Of a stretch of 64,000 nucleotides of DNA, positions 1 to 8,461 are shown piece by piece. The notes under the pieces were generated by a model that worked only from the letters and a program-made list of their open reading frames with translations, ran no database searches and had not been told where the DNA came from. Position numbers and translations under genes: made by a program. The DNA lies in IMG/VR virus record IMGVR_UViG_3300024348_000029, positions 340 through 64,339 of that record; one strand, written 5' to 3'. The stretch is from a virus (taxonomy: Duplodnaviria; Caudoviricetes). How positions within the stretch are numbered: the stretch's first letter is position 1; every line of letters begins with the position of its first letter.

Positions 1-202
1 GGTTCTCTTCAGTTGCTTTCATTGACCTAAACTCTATAAGATGATCTAATGTTGATCTAGTATGAGGGTCACATTTATCAGTAGCATCTATCAATAATAG
101 TATTGATTGAATGAATTTTAGTCCTGCTATTATATGTAGTGGCTGTTTCTTTCTAGCTTTACACAATTTAGCTAACTTATCTTTAAATAGTAATGTTGTC
201 AT
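1..202 (-). CDS. hypothetical protein, partial (runs off window start)
   Basis: ATG at 202, open frame MTTLLFKDKLAKLCKARKKQPLHIIAG... to position 1; not in ORF track. Confidence 0.55.
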   Translation of the reverse strand, partial: MTTLLFKDKLAKLCKARKKQPLHIIAGLKFIQSILLLIDATDKCDPHTRSTLDHLIEFRSMKATEEN

Positions 203-1113
203 ACCAATAGTTTTAGGGCTGTTGTTTATTAAAAAAATGCCTGATAGTTTATTAACCAAAATGAAACATTTCTTAGTATCTCGTCGTTAAGCAGAGTATA
301 AGTATTATCAGGCATTTATGTTTTATTTAATAACCCTAGTTCCTCCTTACTATACTTCAGGAGGTTAGGGCCTATGAAAAAGATCGACAAACAAATAGCC
401 TATCAAAATTGGTGTTATTGTATTATGTATTAACCAGCGGGAGCTGCAAGAGTAAATAGTACTGTTCCGGTTACTGTCTTCACCGTACTTCTTCGTATTT
501 TATGTCTCGAGTTCTTGCCAGGCTCAGTTACCTTCGTATTCAAAGTATGCACCCACTATCAGATATTCAGGGTCTTAATAACTGTCTTTGTTTCCTGGAT
601 CATTGCTGTTCGCGCTGAGGAAATGTGTAGTGTATTAAGGCTGTTTATCGAAGAGCTTTATTAATTATTCGTAGGTTATGAAGACAACGTATTATTAATG
701 GGTGCTTTACTATTGAAATTACTCAGCGTAATGAGTCTTTTTATGTATTATTTAATGGGAGTATTACTTAAGGAGGTTATATTAGGATGATCGCTACTAT
801 CTTCACGTCTTCAACTAATTGTCCTTGTTTATACTCTCATCGGGTATTTTTTATGATTTAATTCATCTCTTTTACAACTTCTTCATTCAACTAGCTTGAT
901 TCTTACTCTCTTTAATACTCAGTACATCGGTATTAAATTTTCGCAATCTCTTGTTGAAATTCAGTTGTTCTATTCTAATAATCTATGGATGATGGGTAAT
1001 AATAAGTATTAATTGTTGATTGTATTGTTGAAATGTGACACAAAAGTAACCCTTACTCCTAACACTGGGTCAGAAGTAAGAGTAGATACTACAAGTATAT
1101 GGTGTTTGAAGCC

Positions 1114-1734
1114 TTATATCTTGATTGTAATGTTTTTGTTAGGTTCCGCTGTCTCGAAGCGTTTCTCTAACTCTCCTGCGTACAATCCAGTCATAAATTC
1201 AAAGTCATTGTAAATAGAATCTAAAGTACCATCCCATTCAGGATCAGCTCTTAATTCTTTCACTCTTTCATTGTAAGCAGCATAACAATAAGGAGGATAC
1301 ATAACATTATCTGTCCCTTCTTGCTTTCTGTTTTCAACGTTAACAACTTTAAACTCACCTGGTAAGTTCACATCTTTCTTGTCCTCAATAGAGTTGATCA
1401 ACCATTCGTGAACGCGCATAGTTGGAGTTTCTGCAGTGAACTCAGTGTTATCCGAGTCAATAGTAGCAACATCCATATTCAACAAAGATCTAATAGGCAC
1501 TAAAAATGCTTTAGAGTTTTCTTTGTTTACATATTTCGCTTTAACAAATGTGTTGTCTTCACCAACTGCTTTCAAATCAGTAGACTTGTCAGGATCATTG
1601 GTAACCATAGAATGCAATACGAATACTTGGTCTTTTAAATCAGACTCTTTCGCGTTTAACATTCCTCTCTTTGGTGCAAGAGCATTCAATACGTCAATAC
1701 CGATTTTAATTTCGGCAACCTTTAAATTAGCCAT
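1114..1734 (-). CDS. hypothetical early protein, paralog of 2293..2868
   Basis: 206 aa ORF, A-rich 5' context, shares FKV...MYPP(Y/F)CY motif with 2293..2868. Confidence 0.85.
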   Translation of the reverse strand: MANLKVAEIKIGIDVLNALAPKRGMLNAKESDLKDQVFVLHSMVTNDPDKSTDLKAVGEDNTFVKAKYVNKENSKAFLVPIRSLLNMDVATIDSDNTEFTAETPTMRVHEWLINSIEDKKDVNLPGEFKVVNVENRKQEGTDNVMYPPYCYAAYNERVKELRADPEWDGTLDSIYNDFEFMTGLYAGELEKRFETAEPNKNITIKI

Positions 1735-1855
1735 AAGCTTTTTAAATTTAATTAATAATTAATAAATAGATTAATAGAAGCGTGTAACTACATTTAATGA
1801 ACCAGTTGTTGGCCATTATGGCACTCCTACACGCGGGAGCGACAAAGAAATATAT

Positions 1856-1871
1856 GGACAAGGGGAAGCTT
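1856..1871 (-). promoter_or_regulatory. repeated 16-nt early-region motif, copy 1 (AAGCTTCYCYTTGTCC on - strand)
   Basis: GGACAARGRGAAGCTT recurs at 1856, 2881 and 4639, each upstream of leftward genes. Confidence 0.55.
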
Positions 1872-1968
1872 TAGCAACTCTGCTACCATTATAATCACGT
1901 TCAGTTGCTCGCGTTGTTCTGGGTGATGGGTGGGTGCCGGGGGTGGGCGGCAAGAAATAAAAAGGGTG

Positions 1969-2172
1969 CTAATCCTTTCTATCTAATACATTATAAGAAC
2001 CTCTTTTGATAAGTTCTGAATGTTTATACATAGGGGCAACGTCCCAATTAACGATTCCCTTAGCATTACAACGAATGTATAAATGCTCTAAGCTATTAAC
2101 TATACCAATAGGTACTCCCCAATTAGTAGCAAGTTCATTAGCCGTTGTTCTGATTACATTTAATGTTTTCAT
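1969..2172 (-). CDS. hypothetical protein
   Basis: 67 aa ORF, MKT start, same orientation as neighbours. Confidence 0.65.
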   Translation of the reverse strand: MKTLNVIRTTANELATNWGVPIGIVNSLEHLYIRCNAKGIVNWDVAPMYKHSELIKRGSYNVLDRKD

Positions 2173-2223
2173 ATCTATATGGTATTAATGGTTACAATTT
2201 AATATGAATACAACTGACTATCT

Positions 2224-2262
2224 AAAAAAAAAGCAAGCCCGTACTGTACTTCGGGGCTCGCT
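2224..2262 (-). terminator. intrinsic terminator
   Basis: GC hairpin (AGCGAGCCCCG/CGGGCTTGCT) followed by a T-run on - strand, just after the stop at 2293. Confidence 0.7.
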
Positions 2263-2292
2263 CTTCGCGAAGATGTTATTAATAATTATTGA

Positions 2293-2868
2293 TTACTTAC
2301 CTTTTGGGTATGTAATAAGTGGCTTATCGACTGTAAGCGTACGATAAAATTTGTCTTCGAAACCGTCTTTGATTTCAGAAGCAAATAATGCAGTATACTC
2401 CTCTTGAGGAATACGTGCAGTCGCAGGCTCGTCGTTAGCTTTACTCTCGGCATTTTTCTCACGTATCGCTTTAGATACTTTAGAAAATTCCTCAAATCCC
2501 TCGTAACAGAATGGTGGATACATTTTGTTCTCGGTGTCCTTGATTAGAGTCGGCTCACACTTTAAGACTTTAAAGGCTAATGTCAATGTCGCTTTCACAC
2601 CATTTTCAGGTAAGAAGTGATTCATAAACATTTTAGTATCGAACTTAAATCGCTTTAAGTCGTACATTGTGAATTTATATACACCGCCCTTTGAAGAGGC
2701 AAAAGTAAATATTGGGAACTTATCGTCGTCCAATGAATACTCTGTGCTTTTTTGCATAAGCACGTGTGTAAATTCAACACCCTCTTCAATGTCGTTTAGG
2801 AACATTGAAACAGGTCTTACAACAGAATTAATAACATCTTCGCTGATAGTTATAACAGTTGTCTTCAT
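2293..2868 (-). CDS. hypothetical early protein, paralog of 1114..1734
   Basis: ORF track 2293..2886; ATG at 2868 (MKTTVIT) preferred; MYPPFCY motif. Confidence 0.8.
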   Translation of the reverse strand: MKTTVITISEDVINSVVRPVSMFLNDIEEGVEFTHVLMQKSTEYSLDDDKFPIFTFASSKGGVYKFTMYDLKRFKFDTKMFMNHFLPENGVKATLTLAFKVLKCEPTLIKDTENKMYPPFCYEGFEEFSKVSKAIREKNAESKANDEPATARIPQEEYTALFASEIKDGFEDKFYRTLTVDKPLITYPKGK

Positions 2869-2880
2869 AAGTACATTAAA

Positions 2881-2896
2881 GGACAAAGAGAAGCTT
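2881..2896 (-). promoter_or_regulatory. repeated 16-nt early-region motif, copy 2
   Basis: GGACAAAGAGAAGCTT, 12 nt upstream of ATG 2868. Confidence 0.55.
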
Positions 2897-2983
2897 TACC
2901 CGATATGATATTTCCTCCTTACTCCGTTGCTCAAGGCTGGGGTGCCGGGCTTTCAGGGCGGTGGAAATAAAATAAGAGGGTTG

Positions 2984-3265
2984 CTAATCCTCCTGTTTTA
3001 CTTCATTCTTTAATAATATACCTAAATAGGCGTGTAACATTTCTATTTGTTCAGGTTCAATATTCATTTCAATGATAGGCCCTTGTTCTTCGTTATCACA
3101 TTCTACAAGCTTAATATTTAGATTGCCTAAGTAATGTGAACTTACCTCTATTAAAAATGTATCTATTTGATGACTAGCTTGCTTGAACATAAACTCGTTA
3201 TCATCTGATACCATTCTTAAAGTGGTTGAAGTTCTAAAGTTTCTCTTTGTAGGTAGTTTAGACAT
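2984..3265 (-). CDS. hypothetical protein
   Basis: 93 aa ORF with A-rich leader. Confidence 0.75.
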   Translation of the reverse strand: MSKLPTKRNFRTSTTLRMVSDDNEFMFKQASHQIDTFLIEVSSHYLGNLNIKLVECDNEEQGPIIEMNIEPEQIEMLHAYLGILLKNEVKQED

Positions 3266-3334
3266 ACTTTATTGTTATTTAATAGTTAAAAAAAAGGAAG
3301 GATACTGTTACATATCCCTCCTAATAATAATAGT

Positions 3335-3667
3335 TTAGTGTGAGCCCTGTGATGTGGGCATAATTTGATTCTCACATTCATACAATTGTATCTCTTTGTC
3401 GATACTCTCATAATTAGTGATGCTAATAAAATCATACACTTCAGCCAATTTACCCAATGCCTTAAGTTCATAGTAGGTAAGTTGTGCTGAGTCTGAAGTA
3501 TATGTCAACTCTCCGTCCTTTGTGAAAGTTGTTCCGTTATCGCCAAGTATACTCATAGCTTGAGAGTATGACCCAACAGGTGTGAATACTATCGCATTGA
3601 TAATAAACATACATAATACTCCTACCACGAATGATAGGAATATATGTGTTTTGTTTAGCTTTTTCAT
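3335..3667 (-). CDS. hypothetical membrane-anchored protein
   Basis: N-terminal hydrophobic segment; start overlaps the stop of 3667..4050. Confidence 0.75.
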   Translation of the reverse strand: MKKLNKTHIFLSFVVGVLCMFIINAIVFTPVGSYSQAMSILGDNGTTFTKDGELTYTSDSAQLTYYELKALGKLAEVYDFISITNYESIDKEIQLYECENQIMPTSQGSH

Positions 3668-4050
3668 TACTTCTTGTTTTTCTTGTTAGACTTTTTGTTT
3701 ACTTGTTCTTGTTCTTTCATAAACTTCTCAATATCAGCTCTCAAGTCATCACAAGAGTCATCTGTTACTAATGAGTTTATAAATCCTGTCATAGATTGAC
3801 GAGCCATTTCAAATCTATAGTGTTCTACTAATATTTGATACTCTTCTTCCATAATCTTCTTCAAGAACCATTGTCTAATCATATTTGCAAATAGATATAA
3901 CATAATACCAAAGAATAATACTTTAGTGAATATGTTAATCTTGTCTCCTACTGTCTCTGATTGCTCAAAGGCTAATAACCATAGGTTTAACAATGCAAAT
4001 AAAATAGTAATGTAACTAACGAATAATAATACTTTCAATAATGTTTTCAT
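3667..4050 (-). CDS. hypothetical membrane protein (2 TM)
   Basis: two hydrophobic helices, basic C-terminus. Confidence 0.75.
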   Translation of the reverse strand: MKTLLKVLLFVSYITILFALLNLWLLAFEQSETVGDKINIFTKVLFFGIMLYLFANMIRQWFLKKIMEEEYQILVEHYRFEMARQSMTGFINSLVTDDSCDDLRADIEKFMKEQEQVNKKSNKKNKK

Positions 4051-4134
4051 AATAAATTGTTGTTGTTAATGATAATTAATAAATAAGTTTAAAGCCGAAG
4101 TGGTTAGCCTCGGCTGTGATAGTGTGAATACTTG

Positions 4135-4479
4135 CTATTCAAACATAGTTTTACTGAACTCTTCCATAGTGGTTGGTTCAATCTTATCAATGTTTAATAT
4201 CTTTTTAGCAAGAGTTCTAAGAAAGGTACGACACTCTTCATCTACTTGTCTGTGAGCAATACTCATCAAGTCACATTCATCGTGTGCTTGTTTATGTTGT
4301 TCTTCAGTAAATCTTTCGATACGATTTTTCAATGCCTGCTCACTTTTAGATGTTATACCTAATAGTCTTCTTGCATCTTCAAGTGTGAAGTGTACTTTAA
4401 CGCCTGATACAGGGTTTACTTCGATGTCCTTTCTTACTAATTCAAATTTAGATGTTCTCATAATTACGCTGAAATTCAT
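4135..4479 (-). CDS. hypothetical protein
   Basis: 114 aa ORF; true start may be the ATG at 4462 region (MRTSKF). Confidence 0.7.
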   Translation of the reverse strand: MNFSVIMRTSKFELVRKDIEVNPVSGVKVHFTLEDARRLLGITSKSEQALKNRIERFTEEQHKQAHDECDLMSIAHRQVDEECRTFLRTLAKKILNIDKIEPTTMEEFSKTMFE

Positions 4480-4638
4480 TTAAGCCGTATGTCTACAATA
4501 TGTATCCACTTAAGCTATTGATTAGTATTTAGTATGTACCAATGAGTATTCATTGATGGTTATGTTTCCCTTACCATAAGGTTTAATTAGACGACGAGCC
4601 TGCTCAAAGATACATACTATCTACATAATGATATAAGA

Positions 4639-4654
4639 GGACAAGGAGAAGCTT
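4639..4654 (-). promoter_or_regulatory. repeated 16-nt early-region motif, copy 3
   Basis: GGACAAGGAGAAGCTT at the head of the leftward early block. Confidence 0.55.
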
Positions 4655-5334
4655 GAACCATAACTACTACACCCTACCACCCCTTGATACTATCATATGA
4701 TACTATGGTATGATACTATCTACTCTTCAATGACCCTACACCCCCTATCATGTGGTAGTATAGTGTTGGGTATCAGCAAAGGTTTATTTTATATACTACC
4801 CACCCTCTACCATATGATTCGCTTTTGAAATAAGTTTGCCTACCCAACTTTTTGTGAGGATTTCATTTTCCCTAGCCGTTTGGGCGGGGGGTTCCATGCT
4901 ATGTGGTTCACTGCGCGCTTAAAACTCGTAAATTTTGCATACAATAGCTCTAACAAATATTAAGCAGTAATAACCTAGTGTCCTATATACAAGGTCACAT
5001 ATATCAATCAGGATAAGTGTTAATGGAGTTCATAAATGTTATAGAATGAACTTTATAATGGTACAAAGTGAGCAGAAAGTAGTTAAATGAATACTTCTGT
5101 TAAGAAAAGACCAGTATAGTGGTCAGCTATAAAAAATAAGAGGTGTGAAAAAAGACCCTACCCCTAAATTCTGTACGCATTCGAACTGTCTTAAGAAAAG
5201 GGTGGGGGGTTAATAGGTAGGTGTCCGGGGTTAGTGTACGAGTGAGTGTGGCCTGGTTACAAAAAGCCCTACGCTCCTGGTTTTTTATTGTTCTACTATA
5301 AGTCGATATCAAGAGGTAGGGACAGATCATTGTG

Positions 5335-6171
5335 TTATATAAGCTTGTTGCGTATTCGTATATTGTTTAGTGCCTCGCTGGCGGTACTAGAGGGAGATCT
5401 CAAAACACCTCCTTCCTCGTAAAGTCTTTCACCATTAATAGTATAAAGGCCATCGTCAGGTTGAAAAGGGTATTCTGCCGGGTTTAGTGAGACTAGTCCT
5501 TTACTTGTCATCATGGTCTGTGGTCTAAGTGAGAAACCTTCTCCCTTACTAGAAGGCGAAGCCGGCGTTTCTGATTGCGGTAGGCCGAAATATTTGAAAT
5601 GATCCTTTCCTTTACCACGTATATTAGCGTTAGCCCAGTTCTCTGCTATACTATCAGGAGAGTGAGTCGTACTTTTAGTTACCCATTCGTCTGCGTATAG
5701 TTGTTGATCTGATATAGTACCATCAAGAAATTCTCCGAACTTGTTACCTTTCATCTTTAGATTAGCATATGCTAGTACAGCTTGTTCCTCTTCAGATAGC
5801 TCGTCTGGATTATTTGCTTTTAAAATTTTTAGCAACGGCGACTGTAGTCCTTGAGCAACTATGCCTTCAGAGTAGTTATCGTCCTTCATCATATTTCTAA
5901 GTCTATTTTGAGCTGTTTGAAACGAAGATGTAGCGTTATTACCGGCAGCATCATATCTACCTCCCTTAACTTTCTGTCCTCGTTTGTTATATCCTCCTCC
6001 ATTTCCTATTAAGAAATGAAATATACCTGAAGCTGAAGATTTCTTATTGTACTTCTTTTTACCTTTAAAGGATTCTACTTCTGCCATAGTTCCTAGGAAG
6101 TTAACGACTTTATTAAAATCGCCTCTCTTCTCTGTTGTATGGTAGAGTTTTTTTAGTATAGATTCTGGCAT
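5335..6171 (-). CDS. putative lytic transglycosylase / lysozyme-like protein (likely virion-associated)
   Basis: MAEVES...SSASGIFHF resembles SLT motifs I/II (catalytic ES, then SA-G-FQF). Confidence 0.55.
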   Translation of the reverse strand: MPESILKKLYHTTEKRGDFNKVVNFLGTMAEVESFKGKKKYNKKSSASGIFHFLIGNGGGYNKRGQKVKGGRYDAAGNNATSSFQTAQNRLRNMMKDDNYSEGIVAQGLQSPLLKILKANNPDELSEEEQAVLAYANLKMKGNKFGEFLDGTISDQQLYADEWVTKSTTHSPDSIAENWANANIRGKGKDHFKYFGLPQSETPASPSSKGEGFSLRPQTMMTSKGLVSLNPAEYPFQPDDGLYTINGERLYEEGGVLRSPSSTASEALNNIRIRNKLI

Positions 6172-6179
6172 TATAGAGT

Positions 6180-6713
6180 TTATTTAGGTTTAGCAAATGC
6201 TCCTAGTTGTTGTGTATATTTTGATTGTGCTTGTTGTGACCTGGCTTTCCATGCATTCTTACGCATCATTTTAGCTAATGATCCAGCTACTGTAGGTACA
6301 GTTCCAGGTATATTACCTTTACTAAATGATGCTGCTGATATAGCTGTTGGAGGTTTGGCGTTATAGGTTGGCGCGGAAGGTGTAGTATCAGCAGTGTTTG
6401 GTAGCTGAAGCTTATTCACACGCAAACTGTCCAGGGATTGTTGTTGTATATTTCCGGGTGACGGAATTCCTGGTGAAGCTGGTTTGAGAGGTGATGGAGG
6501 TATTGGTCCACCTGCTTGGTACTTCATCTTTCCTCCTCCACATCCACAGTCTCCTACTCCACCTTTAGCGATCTTCTTTACTCTCTTCTTCATGATAGGA
6601 GTCTTTAGTTCTAACTTAGCTCCTTTTTCTGCTATACTAATAGGGGCTGCTTTAGGTTTCATTCTTGTGTCTCCTGCTGCAGGTATCTTAGTTATTTTCA
6701 TTAATGGTTTCAT
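6180..6713 (-). CDS. low-complexity Lys/Pro-rich protein with KYQAGG-type motif
   Basis: 177 aa ORF; AEKGAKL, IAKGG, KYQAGG; upstream GTATTATA motif. Confidence 0.7.
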   Translation of the reverse strand: MKPLMKITKIPAAGDTRMKPKAAPISIAEKGAKLELKTPIMKKRVKKIAKGGVGDCGCGGGKMKYQAGGPIPPSPLKPASPGIPSPGNIQQQSLDSLRVNKLQLPNTADTTPSAPTYNAKPPTAISAASFSKGNIPGTVPTVAGSLAKMMRKNAWKARSQQAQSKYTQQLGAFAKPK

Positions 6714-6947
6714 AGGAAAGTCTTATATATTATACAATGTATTATTATAATACTATATTTAGAGCTAAGTGAACAGATATAAGTATGAATTTCTTCAATG
6801 AAGGAGGGAAATTTTTGGGATACCAAGAATGGGAGGATGCATGGCACAGCCGAGTTGTTCCCCCCAGAACAGACGCTCGCCACGACGAGGTTGTCCCTTG
6901 TTATTGTTAGAGGCTTGTGGGAAACTAGGGCTCAGAGAGTTATGAAG

Positions 6948-7176
6948 ATTTGAGGGTCAAAAAGTGCAGCTTTGAGTATCAAAAGATGCAGGTTTTATAG
7001 CATCTACTTCTGATTGGTGAAAAGTAGGTATTGTTGGTGAAAAGTAGGTATTATTAGGTATGCTTTGGGAAAAGTAGTTACAGTCCTTGTAGGGTCATTG
7101 TAAGTATACTGAGTATCAAGTAGTTATAAAGAGCTGAGTATCAAAAGATGCAGGTTTGAGTGTCAATTATTGCAGA
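6948..7176. repeat. iteron-like direct repeats in non-coding region
   Basis: TGAGTATCAAAAGATGCAGGTTT exact at 6973 and 7135 plus degenerate tandem copies; TTGGTGAAAAGTAGGTATT at 7014 and 7034. Confidence 0.75.
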
Positions 7177-7208
7177 AAAAAAGCCTAACAAATTAATGCT
7201 AGGCTCTT
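7177..7208 (-). terminator. intrinsic terminator
   Basis: AGCCTAGCA/TGTTAGGCT hairpin + T-run after the stop at 7214. Confidence 0.7.
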
Positions 7209-7213
7209 CTTAG

Positions 7214-7375
7214 TTACTTCTTTTTACCCTTAAAATAATTGGCTCCCCTTAATGCTTTAGTGAATTCTTTCTCTGCTCTTTCATTCATCAGGAATACTGG
7301 TGTAAGTCCTGAATGGTTGTTTGCAGTATCTTCTATAATCTTTTTTAACCCCTTTATTTTTCTGTAAGTTTTCAT
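7214..7375 (-). CDS. small hypothetical protein (53 aa), probably leaderless
   Basis: MKTYRKIKGLKKIIEDTANN...; TATATTTA 4 nt upstream of ATG; own terminator. Confidence 0.65.
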   Translation of the reverse strand: MKTYRKIKGLKKIIEDTANNHSGLTPVFLMNERAEKEFTKALRGANYFKGKKK

Positions 7376-7408
7376 ACTATAAATATAGTGATTATCAATT
7401 AAATTTAC

Positions 7409-7495
7409 TACCTTTAAGGAAAGAAATTTGCGCCAGCGGGCTGATTCGCTACCTATCGTTGGACACTAGGCCACTATTAAGTTAGTGGCTTTTTT
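7409..7495 (+). ncRNA. candidate small RNA (about 75 nt)
   Basis: TACCTTTA promoter-like element, CCAGCG/CGTTGG stem, GCCACTA/TAGTGGC hairpin + T6 on + strand. Confidence 0.35.
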
Positions 7496-7496
7496 G

Positions 7497-7569
7497 TGGG
7501 ACAACCTGGAGTCGAACCAGAATCTACGGATTTTCAGTCCGCCGCTTTGACCACCTCAGCCATTGCCCC
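7497..7569 (-). tRNA. trnF: tRNA-Phe(GAA)
   Basis: cloverleaf; GCGGA-CT GAA AA-TCCGT; TTCGA T-loop. Confidence 0.93.
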
Positions 7570-7755
7570 ATTATATGTTTTTGCATACAGTAAATCTCTG
7601 CAGCCCTTTAAATACGTTTTCGCTATATGCAATTACATATGATTTTATACCCGTAAAGGTGTAATATACTGCACTATTAATCGGATTATACCCGATTAGG
7701 TATAGAAATACTAACATTAGTGCAACATATGGCACTTAATGATGGCATTTACTAG

Positions 7756-7828
7756 CGCGACAGGTAGGATTCGAACCCACAACTAACAGGTTTGGAAGCT
7801 GCTACCATTCCCAGACGGTCCCTGAAGC
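7756..7828 (-). tRNA. trnW: tRNA-Trp(CCA), atypical
   Basis: GCAGC-TT CCA AA-CCTGT, canonical T-arm, G73; mismatches in acceptor and anticodon stems. Confidence 0.75.
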
Positions 7829-7902
7829 TTATTATAGTTTTTCAGCATTTACTAAAATAAGACTAGACCTTATTATAGTTTTTTGCCGTTTACTAAACTA
7901 AG

Positions 7903-7976
7903 AATGCCGGGTGAGATTCGAACTCACGATCTTCAGGGTTGCAACCTTCTACCTTGGGCCACTCGGACACCAGCAC
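7903..7976 (-). tRNA. trnC: tRNA-Cys(GCA)
   Basis: TT GCA AC loop, U73, canonical T-arm; weak top of anticodon stem. Confidence 0.85.
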
Positions 7977-7985
7977 ATTATATTG

Positions 7986-8057
7986 AGTCAAGGGTTGGTT
8001 TCGAACCAACGACCTGAGTGTTAACAGCACCCTGCTCTACCACTGAGCTACCAAGAC
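7986..8057 (-). tRNA. trnN: tRNA-Asn(GTT)
   Basis: GCTC/GAGC D-stem, GGGTG-CT GTT AA-CACTC. Confidence 0.92.
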
Positions 8058-8064
8058 ATAATTG

Positions 8065-8146
8065 TAGAGAGAAGAGGCCCTGATCCCCCGCCGTTTCCGA
8101 CTCATCTGCTTAGCAAGCAGTGCCCACCCTGGTGAGTTCACTCTCT
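8065..8146 (-). tRNA. trnS: tRNA-Ser(GCT), 8/4-type non-canonical fold
   Basis: CTGC-TT GCT AA-GCAG, long V-arm, 4-bp T-stem with ATCAGGG loop. Confidence 0.75.
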
Positions 8147-8154
8147 ATTTATTG

Positions 8155-8243
8155 TAGAAGGAAGAGGACCCGACCCCCAGACAACCTAATGCCCTACAGT
8201 TTTCAAGACTGCCCGCCACTCCACTGTAGCTGCTTCACCTTCT
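8155..8243 (-). tRNA. trnS: tRNA-Ser(TGA), 8/4-type non-canonical fold
   Basis: GCAGT-CT TGA AA-ACTGT, long V-arm, 4-bp T-stem with GTCGGGT loop. Confidence 0.78.
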
Positions 8244-8375
8244 ATTTGTATACATATACGTTTACTTTTTTCGAGTTTTGTATACATATATGTTTACTTT
8301 TTACGCTTTTCTATGCATAAGAGGACATATATGTATACTAATTTGGGATTTTTTATCCTTATAGCTATACTTTTG

Positions 8376-8458
8376 TGGGGACGAAAGGATTCGAACCTCC
8401 AACGCCTTTCGGTACAGATTTACAGTCTGCTCGCTTCAACCAATTTGCATACGGCCCC
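8376..8458 (-). tRNA. trnY: tRNA-Tyr(GTA)
   Basis: GCAGA-CT GTA AA-TCTGT, long V-arm, A73. Confidence 0.93.
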
Positions 8459-8461
8459 AGT

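Noticed and set aside
4530-4630. ATG-TAG followed by a short open frame (possible read-through gene)
   Set aside because: Single short instance with no support for recoding; more likely a decayed ORF or chance.
6948-7176. CRISPR mini-array
   Set aside because: Repeats are tandem or irregularly spaced without unique constant-length spacers; no cas genes (the PD-(D/E)XK gene is an ordinary phage nuclease).
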